Positions 43,148 to 54,414 of a stretch of DNA of 64,000 bases are shown here, piece by piece. Origin of the DNA: Trichoplax sp. H2 (taxonomy: Eukaryota); assembly GCA_003344405.1 (NCBI GenBank), contig NOWV01000021.1:372001-436000 (forward strand), read 5' to 3'. The notes below the pieces were generated by a model. It was not told the DNA's origin. It made no database searches and worked only from the letters and a program-made list of their open reading frames with translations. The position numbers were made by a program, and so were the translations under genes. Every line of letters begins with the position of its first letter. Position 1 is the first letter of the stretch.

Positions 43148-44254
43148 AGTCGTTGGTCTATCTTACTGAATAGAATATTCAATCTATCTATCTATCTATA
43201 TATATATATATTGAAAAGTTAGACAGATGAAATCCAAGGAGAAAATTGGCTAGGGGGGAGGGAGGAGAGGGATAATGAACACAATTATTGGCCAACTTTT
43301 CCTTAATGTTGTGACGGGGATTTATAACATTCACTGGGTCCAATGATCGCAACAATTACGTACAAATAGAGTAGAGTTGAATGGTTAAAAAAAGGAAAAT
43401 ACCAACGGCTACAGTGGTCAATTTTCAGTTGGAATTAAGTTAGAATAACTATCTCCACTCTTGAACGCTACAAGTGTAGACTATTTGATAGACGATTGCT
43501 GATAGAAGAGCGCCATAGTTTTGCTCTATCCAACGCTTTTACAACTCTTTGCAGCTACCAAACTTGAACTATTGCAGCAATTTATGCTCACTCAATTGCT
43601 CAATTCTTACTGACGATAGCAAGACAATTTCAACTGTAAAGAGACACAAGAGAGTTGTAGAATGCCTTCAAAAGGTGCAAATGATCCAATGAATATCCAA
43701 TACGGATGAAAAGGACAGCAATAAGGTGGAAACGAGGATCGCCGATGTGATGGAACTAGGAATCAAGACTAAATTAGCATTAGAGTCGTTTGGATGAGGA
43801 AGGGCGGAGAAAGTGATGCTGAGAGTCGAGTGTATCGTACGGGTGATAGAGCGCTTAGGTGGCATCCCCATACACTATCTTGCTATAATAGATACAATAT
43901 CGTCAGCTGACAGTATCATACGCTATGTATTAATCGCCAGCGGTGGCTGCCTTGGGTGTGATGCTTTTGGCGACCTTCATTTAAACGTTATGATTTTTTT
44001 TTGAAAACGACAGGGCGCCCGTCTGTCTGTCGGTTGAATGGGTCCTACGCTACTGGATGGACGGATTACTGGCTTGGCTAGGGACGAGAAAAAATGGACG
44101 CATTTATTCAATTCATTTTCAGCCTTTTTTTCTCCAATCTTGGAATTCATCTTCATACATATTGTGCAATTCTTGAACGTGGCATAGAAAGGATAAAAAT
44201 GGCTTTAGTAATCCCTGTCCAATTTCTATGGCTATGTACAGTACTATCGACCCA

Positions 44255-44856
44255 CATGAATAGCTTTAAGGACATTGCCCAACCTTGCAATGGCCTAAAC
44301 TAAACCGTTGTCGACGGGACACGTAGATGTACAAGAAACCAATGAATAATTGTGTCCTATTCGAGATCATGAATGGCCTTAAGGACATTTCTTAACCTAT
44401 TAATGGCCTAAACTAAACTAAACCGTTGTATACGAAATCGTTGTATACGGGACGCGTAGATGTGCAAGAAGCCAATGAATAGTCGTGTCCCATGTTCGAG
44501 ATCATGAATGGCTTGAAGGACATTTCCTAACCTATTAATGGCCTAAACTAAACCGTTGTAAACTAAATCCTTGTATACGGGACGCGTAGATGTGCAAGAA
44601 GCTAATGAATAGTTGTGTCTTATTCGAGATCATGAATGGCTTTAAGGACATTTCCTAACCTATTAAAGGCCTAAACTAAACCGTTGTATACGGGACGCGT
44701 AGATGCGCAAGAAGCCAATGAATAGTTGTGTCCTATTCGAGATCATGAATGGCTTCAAGGACATTTCCTAGCCTATTAATGGCCTAAACTAAACCGTTGT
44801 ATACGGAACGCGTAGATGCGCAAGAAGCTAATGAATAGTTGTGTCCTATTCGAGAT
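44255..44856. repeat. Tandem satellite, 5 units of 113-135 bp
   Basis: Units begin CATGAAT at 44255, 44368, 44503, 44631 and 44744. Confidence 0.95.
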
Positions 44857-46856
44857 TTGCTGTGTTTTAAAATTCAAGATTCGAATTCATAGATTGCCAA
44901 TCTACGGGATCAAAAAACATTCTCCACATACGGTACAGTAGGGATGAGAAATGCATGAATTAGATTTTGTATACCGCTGAATCGCTTGGAGGATATTTTC
45001 CAACCTCGAACTCCTCCTCTTTTTCCAATCTGAACCGTTGTATAGGTGTAATTAGGCATTAGCCCTCTCCGCCTTACATAAAGTTCTTAGCATATTTAGC
45101 TGAAAGTGTGCTACAGTATAGGACGCTTTCAGCTAAATATGCTAAGAACTTTATGTAAGATGGCGGGGGCTAGTGTGCATACAGTATGTACAAGATGCTA
45201 TGTGAACATGGGTGTCACATTGGAGATTTGCTCTATTTTAAAACTTAAACTTCCAGTTAGTGCATTGCAAATCTACGCGATTAAAATAAAAACATTCTCC
45301 ACTTACAGTACAGTAGAAATAAGGAATGGATGGATTCGATCTGATATACTACTGTAGTGAATGGCTTTGAAGATGTTTTCCAACCCCGCACTCGAACCGG
45401 TGTGCAGCACATGCATGTGTACAAGATGCTAAGTGAATATTGTGTCACATTACAAATTTGCTCTATTCTTAAAAGTTCAAACTTCCTGTTAGTGGATCGC
45501 GAATCTACGGAGTTAAAATAAAAAACTATTCTCCACAAACAGTACAGTAGGAATAAGGAATGGATAGACTAGATTTTGTAAGCGTATAGGAGTGAGTAGC
45601 TTGAGGATATTTTCCAACTACAGACTCAACCGGTGTGCAGGATACGTCCATATGTTCAAGTAGCTAGGTGAATATTGTGCCATATTAGAGATTTGCTCTA
45701 TTTTAATATAAACTTAAACTTCCAAGTAGTGGATGGCGAATCCATAAAGTCAAAATAAAAACGTTCTCCATAGACTAGATTTTATACGCGCATAAGAGTG
45801 AATAGCTTGAGGATATTTTACAACGAAAGGCTCAACCAGTGTGCAGGATAAGTGCATATGTACAAGTAGCTAGGTGAATATTGTGCCATATTAGAGATTT
45901 GCTCTATTTTAATATAAACTTAAACTTCGAAGTAGTGGATGGCGAATCCACAAAGTCAAAATAAAAGAACATTCTCCATAGACTAGATTTTATACGCGCA
46001 TAAGAGTGAATAGCTTGAGGATATTTTACAACTACAGGCTCAACCGGTGTGCAGGATACGTGCATATGTACAAGTAGCTAGGTGAATATTGTGTTCTATT
46101 AGAGATTTGCTCTATTCTAATAAAAACTCAAACTTCGAAGTAGTGGATTGCGAATCTACGGAGTTAAAATAAAAACATTCTTCACAGACAGTACAGTAGG
46201 AATAAGGAATAGATAGACTAGATTTTATACGCGTATGAGAGTGAATAGCTTGAGAATAATTTCCAACTACAAACTCAACCGGTGTACAGAATACATGCAT
46301 ATGTACAAGTAGCTAGGTGAATATTGTGTCATATTAGAGATTTGCTCTATTTTAATAAAAACTTAAACTTCGAAGTAGCGGGTTGCGAATCTACGGAATT
46401 AAAATAAAAAATGTTCTCCACAGACAGTACAGTAGGAATACGGAATGGATGGATAAGATCTTATATACTAGTGAATAGCTTTGAGGATATTTTCCAACCC
46501 GGACTCAACCGGTGTGCAATATACGCGTATATGCAGTTTCCAAAAGGCTAAGCGAATACTTATGTCACCTTACAAATTTGCTCTATTTTAAAAACTCAAA
46601 CTTCGAATTAGTAGATTAACGAACCTACGGGGTTAAAAAAATATTCGTCACGTACATTACAGTAGGAATGGATAGATTCGATCTTATACACCAGTGAATA
46701 GCTTTGACGATATTTTCTAACCGGAACTGAACCCGCGTACAGTATACTCGCATACGAGTATGTACAAGAAGCTAAGTGATCATTTACGTCTTATTAGAGA
46801 TTTGCTCTACTTTAAATATTCAATCTTCCAGTTAGTGGATTGCGAATCTACCGATT
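44852..46856. repeat. Tandem satellite, ~8 units of 206-236 bp (first unit expanded by an insertion)
   Basis: GAGATTTGCT/CAAATTTGCT occurs at ~44852, 45223, 45453, 45688, 45894, 46102, 46337, 46573 and 46797. Confidence 0.93.
45060..45172. repeat. Long palindrome/foldback (MITE-like or hairpin RNA)
   Basis: 45073-45106 is the exact reverse complement of 45126-45159 (34 bp). The outer ends TAGCCC...GGGCTA are also complementary. Confidence 0.9.
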
Positions 46857-48008
46857 AAACATTATATCCGTCAATGCGCCGTACCTGGCTAATGCAGCGC
46901 AGCTAAAAGAGGCTCATTAATTAATTATACGCGTATACAGTAGCCACGGTACTCGAGAACAACTCTCTTATTAATTATTGATTATTAATTACTTATTATT
47001 ACTGGATATAGTAGTCTATGGCATACCTTACGTTACGTATTTACTAGTGCTGTTGCAAAACGGCGGATGAAAAGTTGTACCATTTTATTTAAAGTATGAA
47101 ATTTACTCGCTTTTAATATGAACATGAAGGGATACTCCAATATTTTTTATCGTCTGCACAACTTGGCACAATTGACATAACCGAATATGGCATAGACCAA
47201 AGGCCAAAAATCAATTATTAATTAGTGCTATTTAAAGTTGACATTTTTGCCAGTTATATATCCCAATATCGAAAGAAAGCAGCTATGATAGAGTTGATGA
47301 TAATTTAAAAACCAATAGACAGTACCGGTATTTATTTATAATTAAGGTGAAATAAAATAGCAAGGGAACTAAAAAGTTGGACAGATACACTATTGCAATC
47401 ATCCAGATATCAATACCACGATACAGTTTTACTACAAAGATAGAGCATACGCGTAGAATAGATTGCAACTACATTTTTGTTACAGTTTTACTATAGCCAT
47501 ATTTATAGAAGAAATAGAACGAAATTAGGGATAGAATAATCTAGGATTAAATAGATGTATGTACTTTCGATTAACAGCTTGATAAAATGGTTAAAGGCCA
47601 AATAGAGAATAAATGAAGGACATATAATCATAATTTATTGTATGATACAACTTCGGACATAACCTTGATATATAATTTTCCAGAAAAGAAGCACACAATG
47701 AAATAATCCGAATCAATTTTTATCCGACTATCGGTTTAAAACCAATTTCAAGCTAACAGTAAATACAACTTTTTATGAACAAAAATTTACGAAGGAAATC
47801 ATATGATGAATATAAAATCTACTGATATTCAATATTAAACTTGAACTGCACTTACAATGTGGAAATTTTTTACACGAAAGACAAAATGATATGACAAATC
47901 TTATACATTCGTCGATAGTTTCATTTTGGACTTCAATAATTATCGAATCTCTTATTACCCCACTTTAATCATCCCAAGCCATAATCGATAACAAATAGAT
48001 AATTACTA

Positions 48009-48962
48009 TCAGAATCTCTCGTTGAATCCAGATACTCTAGTTATACTTCTTGATATCGTACCCTGAAAACGTGTCGATTTGACTATCTTGTGATAAACTA
48101 CACAAATCTCTTTACGGATATCAGCAGTAAAATAAGCATAGATTAATGGTTGCAAGGCTGGATAACAAAAGGCGACATCACGTAAAATAACTGAAGCTTG
48201 TAGAATATCCGTAAAACGATAGATATTACTTAAAGCAATGGTAGATAATGTTAAAAAGGGTATTAAAAAGACAGCATAAAATGTAAAGACAATCATAGCT
48301 TGGACAACTGCTTTCTTTCTAAGTGCCAATTTACCACGGAGTAATCTCTCTATTGACGAAAAATGTCGACGAGTACTAACAAATGCAACCCGATTATACT
48401 GGCGCAATTTAAGTAGATAGATAATCCGACCATACATAATAAGTAATAGCACAAGCAATAAAGTTGCCAATATTAACATTATCAGATGGCAAATATAATC
48501 AATTCTAATAAATTGTTGAACATCAATTAAGCTGCAATTTGCTAGTCGCTTGGAAAAGATACCATCGATTATAGAGAATATTGGTACTGCAGTTGGTACT
48601 AACCAAACCAGTACAATAATAATGGATAAATGGCCAATCGTTGAGAATCGGTTATAACGAAATGGATAAGCAATAGCGAAATAACGTTCCGATATAATGA
48701 CACAAGAGTGTAAATTTAAACTAATAAATAATGCTTGACCGAAACGATATAAAACAACACAAAGGATACCAATTTTAAATGAGAAACCATCACCAAATCG
48801 AATTACTTCGTAAAGGCCCCACAAAAAACCATTAATAAGCATGCTTAGTAAAAGTACAGGAGATAATCGGTATAAATTTCGATTACATCTTATAAAAATG
48901 AATAGAGCACTATTAGTAATTATGGCAACAACTCCTGCTCCAAATACTACAGGACGCAACAT
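48009..48962 (-). CDS. Rhodopsin-like (class A) orphan GPCR, intronless 7TM region
   Basis: Seven hydrophobic segments, IISERYFAIAYPFRY, TM4 VWLVP, TM6 FLIPF and TM7 QPLIYAY. The first ATG is at 48962 (the track starts at a TTG); the true N-terminus may come from an upstream exon. Confidence 0.9.
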   Translation of the reverse strand: MLRPVVFGAGVVAIITNSALFIFIRCNRNLYRLSPVLLLSMLINGFLWGLYEVIRFGDGFSFKIGILCVVLYRFGQALFISLNLHSCVIISERYFAIAYPFRYNRFSTIGHLSIIIVLVWLVPTAVPIFSIIDGIFSKRLANCSLIDVQQFIRIDYICHLIMLILATLLLVLLLIMYGRIIYLLKLRQYNRVAFVSTRRHFSSIERLLRGKLALRKKAVVQAMIVFTFYAVFLIPFLTLSTIALSNIYRFTDILQASVILRDVAFCYPALQPLIYAYFTADIRKEICVVYHKIVKSTRFQGTISRSITRVSGFNERF

Positions 48963-51900
48963 GATATCCAATACCTCAATAAAATTGATTAACTGTAAGT
49001 AATCTATGCAGATAATGAATAATATCAGAGATGGAGCTAGTTTGAATAGTCTTTTTGGAGGACTTAAAGCGTAAAAATAAAAAATATCTCTATGTAGCAG
49101 ATTCTTGAAGATAAATGCAATATCACTCTTAGTATATCGAATACTTAATTATACGTAGACCGTTCTTCAACTTGAAGTCTTTATAAATTCAAGAAGTGCT
49201 ATAGCAGTGACGTGAAAATATTCTTTTTTCTATATAGGAGGATCCTAGCATATTTAATGAATTGACAACTTATCAAGATGAAGATAATATCAATCAATAT
49301 TGATTTATTCCTGTGAATACAAGTTCGACCCTTGAAATTTCCTTCCTAGAAATATTGACATAAGTAATATCTATGTGCACTCTGCAGGTTTAATAGTAGA
49401 ACAATTGAAAATTTTTGCCAGTACCTAAAGCAATATAGGCTATATCTTCCAATACGTATTTAATAAATTACCTTAAATAAAGCTAAATAACGCTAGTATT
49501 TTGCAAGCTTTATTGATGTCACGGTATAAAACTTGACAGACGATTACGACAATGATATTTCTTTTATAACGGTATTATAACTTCAAAAATCGATTTTTTT
49601 GAGGGTTAAAAAAACAAAAAATTTAACCTCAACTATTATGTCAATAAAAATGTTCGAGCAAAACATAATACAAATTTTAAAGCACGAAATGGTAACGATT
49701 GCCTCTTAGAAGATACTCCTTTCAAGAAAATTATTGAAATTAAAATAGACAGTAACATGCCTCGATCCAATTTCAAATGCAGTCTGTCCATTAGATCGAA
49801 TTGATATTGATAGTCAAGAGGTGATTTCCACCTTAGGCGAAGAATAAATAGCATAACAACCGATCAATTATACTAATTACATTTCTATTTAACAGTATAG
49901 ATAATAAAAACTAAGGTGGGCTTTAAAGCTTCTCATGAATGCATAAAGTATTCATTTTTTAAATGACAACATAAAATCAGACTTGAAGATCGAGGACAAA
50001 AAAATGATGATTTCACTCAGTAATTAAAAATAGTCAGACAGACTTTATTAAAAGTTTACATCTATTGCCTGGATTGGATCTAGTCCACTCAATTATTTGA
50101 TTTACAACAGTGAAGGTGAAGAATTTGATTTTTTAACTTATTATTCAAAATGTTCGGGCTGCTAAGATTAATAATTGCATGCATCAGTTATCTCGTATTA
50201 ACTCTTTAAAGTCGCTTTGTTTATATTAGTGACAGAAAAGTGAGTTTTAATTTCTTTTACTTGAAATACTAGTCGTTTTTCTTTCTTGCTTAAGTCAATT
50301 TTGATTAAGAAATAGAACAATTAAGCTCAAAGAAACAGTTAAGCAATCAAATGTCTGAATTCATCGGATATATTTAAATATCAATAACAGGCTTGACAAT
50401 CTTTTATAGTCGTTATATCTGATTATTAATTGATTCCTTATTGCATCGATCATTCCATTATCACAACTAAACCTTAAAGATTAAGATGGCTAAAGCTAAA
50501 GCAGTACTCAAGATGATCGATTTGAATGATATCGGCTCAAAATACTTGTGCTACGAGTATTTCAAGATATATGTTGCAAGAAATTAATACAGAATCATTT
50601 GGTATTAAATGCCTCTCATACTGTAGGTAATTCTATTCTGTTTCCTACAGAAAGACTTCGTCTAACTTTGCGATATTCCACATAAAATAATGATATTTTT
50701 TATGTTAGGGATATCATTTGTAATTATAAGTATGGATGGAACCTGATTCTGTAAATATCTACTGTAGTGTAATTGTTTTAAATTATAAATTCAAAGTAAA
50801 ACTAACTCAAAATTAGATACATTAGTACTACAGTTTTATTCGAGAAAGTAACTTATCCTAAAAACGGTAAAGCTTTCCTCTGCAATGACATGAAATGCAG
50901 GCAATATAGATTGCTACAGATTAACAGACTAGTAGATTTTAAAATTCCAGCTATACTTAATATTGATGTTGTGATCAAAGTAATAACTGGTCTGAATAAT
51001 CATCTTCTCCATTTTATTGACTTTCTATTACAGTATTGTCACTAGTTTTATTTTTAAAATGAAAGCAATTTCGCAGTTAGAATGAAATTTCGGCATTGGA
51101 AAAATAGACCCAAACATTCAATATTTGCGTATTAATTTATAGGGTAATCATTGATATTTAATTACAGCCTACATCAACTCGCTATTAACGTTCCAATCAC
51201 TAAAAAACTACTCATTTATATTAATAAAGAAAGTTGAGATAATAAATTCGTACTTATTATCTAGTAATTAATTTATAATTGTACTCGCTGTTAATAATTG
51301 ATATAGCATTAATTCTATTGATATTAAATTTGTTAGCTTAGCGAATCATTCAAATTATCTACATCACTGTAAAATTTTGAGTATATGAAAAGTATGAGAT
51401 ATTAAAATGGAAGATATATTGAAAGAAATTTCAAAATCATGGTGATTATTGCTAACGCTGCCTGTTATTGTCGATGTTACTCCACTAAAACTACACCACT
51501 ACATAGTATATTCTGTCTAAATGAACAGAAATTAGAAATTTTAATTCATTTTAGTGAACCTTCAAAACTAATCGTCTACTGTTATGACCAGTTATCGATG
51601 ATATTATAGGTTTGCACTAGGAACTACTAAAAAGTCGCAAATGATTCTTAACTTGTCAAAAGCACCAAAAAAAGCGTAGTTTGATCATATGGGAAATGAA
51701 TTATATTCAAATAACGTTGTATTGCTAGATGCCATAAGAAGAATCGACTTCGGTGTATTATGCTGTTACGGTGTTGCCTTGTCATTAGGATAGTTTAATA
51801 AGTACAGTAGTAGCTAGTATGGAGAATATCCATATTTGTAGGGCTAGGTAAGATAAATAATGCCTTAACGTGGATGTTGTTTGTAATAGTTCATTACATA

Positions 51901-54414
51901 TTTGATATTGATCGTTATTGTATGACAGATAGCAGTAAGATGATTCAAGTTCTAGTTGATGATAGTTGAATTAGACAACCGACGAGCTTAGATTAAGATT
52001 AAGTATGAGTAACAGATTCAAAATATTTACAGATAGAAAAGTTATGTAAGGAACATCTCAGTTCGAGATGTTTCTCCTAGTAAGGTACAATAATAATACT
52101 ATTGTTGTTTACAAATTAGACGGTTCCTATATAAACGGGAACATTTAAGTTGAGTGGGGTGGTAAAAAGTTGTAGATGTATCTTTGCTAATAAAAGTTTC
52201 ATCTTTAGAGTATTTTGCTGTGTGTGTTTAATGTTAAGTAAAAGGGCGTTTAAGTCAATAGCTACTTATAGACTTTTACTGCACGTTACCTTGTCGCAGA
52301 AGTGAAATTGTGACATGCATACATACTGTGGATCAGTATGGAGCAAAATTAAATTTTCCAAATTGTTAAAATTTAGCAATTTTATATACGAAATCAACCT
52401 TGTCCTCCTGTAATTTAGACAACAACCAAAATGCACTAAGTGTTCATATACTTATAGAAATAGGCATTACCGGTAATTAATTAGTAACATTCATAGCAAA
52501 GGTTTAACCTTTGGAAATGTCTATACACGCATACAGATGAAAGTAAAGCTCAAATATCTTAGGTTATAAATAGTTTATGAAACTGTGAATTCAATAAAAG
52601 TTAACAAGTTTTGTCGCGCAAAATTAAAATGTAATACTGACGTCCAAGCTTAACGGCGTGCATTTAATACGTATACTGTATCATGATTTTCCGCTTTAAA
52701 AGTTATAAATTTGGAGTGGATTTCAATTATAGTTAATATCCAATATTGGTATCAATGGGTACACTAGTATTTACATAATATACTAAATCAAGTTATTAAT
52801 TATATATGTAAGTATAGGCGGTATTTACTTATAACGAGTATATTTACCGAATTATACTGGATGGTTATAGTCAGAGCCATAGAGCTCCATTTCAGGTGAA
52901 TTTAACGTTATTAAATACTGCATATGAAATGCTAAAAACTGCATAGTCTTTAGTAAAACCAATAATTCTGAAGTATGTCTATGGCTGAATTATCGTCAGC
53001 ATCTTAGAACGTTTTCACATATTTCACAAGAGTTGTTAGAGTCTCGACGTTTTGCGTAGAATTCTTTGTACACTTTGTTTCAATTACCCTACCTATATAT
53101 TATAAATTGATATTTCTAAATAAAACATCAAAGAGTTCTACGCAAAATGAAAAAGGATTAATGATCAATTCGTACCCTTACTATATTGGCCACTGGTTTG
53201 CCTATCCTGGAAATTATAAACCTTACTGTATATCTCGAAAAACGTATCCGTAGGACAGTAAGGAAAGCCATTGCCGTCACAGAATGATCACAACAATTTT
53301 GCTACGGTTACGTTAGTCACAATACTGGTAGAATAAACCTCCCTTTAGCTTACTTTAGCTCAAGATAGAACAAAATGGTCCTTTTATTGATTTAGCTGCA
53401 TAATCAAGAGCAACATTTTCCGTAGTAAAATTGACTTGATCTGTAGTAGTTTACAAGAGCATGATCGTAATAGTGACTATGACTAGCAGGCTTAGCAGAA
53501 TTAAATATTAATCGCATCAATCGTGAACCAAATTGTATCGAATACTGATCCTTCTACTTTAATACTATGCAGTTCTTAATTCATAGTCTTGTTCATTTTA
53601 ACCCTATGCATGTAAGTCGTAAGAATCTGTCCACAATTCCACATATCATGTTGTACACTGTCCAGTACTGTAAGGTCTTTAAGCTTGTGGACTTCTCTAT
53701 TTAAAAGTCCATGACACTGTCATAATATATCACTTTGGGTAGTCTAACTTCATATCTTCCGTCTCTTCCATTATTTTCTCTAGCAAAGTTGTAGTAGAGC
53801 AGTACTTCACTATACGCATAACTACAGTATACCAAAAGAAACATTTTTACCACTTTAGAATCAATTAAGGATTTGATTTTCTAGATCAAATATCGCCAAT
53901 CTAGGTGACAAATATGAAAATTTATTAGAATCAAGGATGATTCTCCTTATTCCAATTGCACTATTTTATGCGTCATGAGCCCTGCACAAATGCCGTGCGT
54001 CAAAGCGGAGTAAAACTGCTTTAAATGTGCAATTAACTTCGTCGAGTAGGAAATTCTTAGTCCAAATATCATCGGAAAAGGCCGACGTTGTCGATAGGAG
54101 AGTAGGGGGCTTCTTAGGCGGTCTCTTTCTAGTACTGTAGCAGCCTATGTTATAACACGTATACCACCCTTCAATCCTTATACTGTGACTAGTCTTAAGC
54201 AGTACACTTTGAGCCCCTACCCAGAGTACAGTACTGAAGCTCTATCGTAAAGTAGACTACCACGCATGATTTCATTCACAACCAAGAGGAAAGTTATTTT
54301 AATCATCGCCGATTCGCTATCGTCTTGGAAAACATTACTTACTCCTATGACGATAGATTGACCGTTTGTACACCTTGTAGTGCAAGATTAGAAATTCAAG
54401 AGCAATTGAAAAGA

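Noticed and set aside
45106..46300. Short ORFs in the satellite
   Set aside because: They are translations of repeat monomers with no recognisable domain.
50480..51780. Pseudogene in the GPCR-MOCS3 intergenic region
   Set aside because: Only short interrupted frames with no motif I can recognise.
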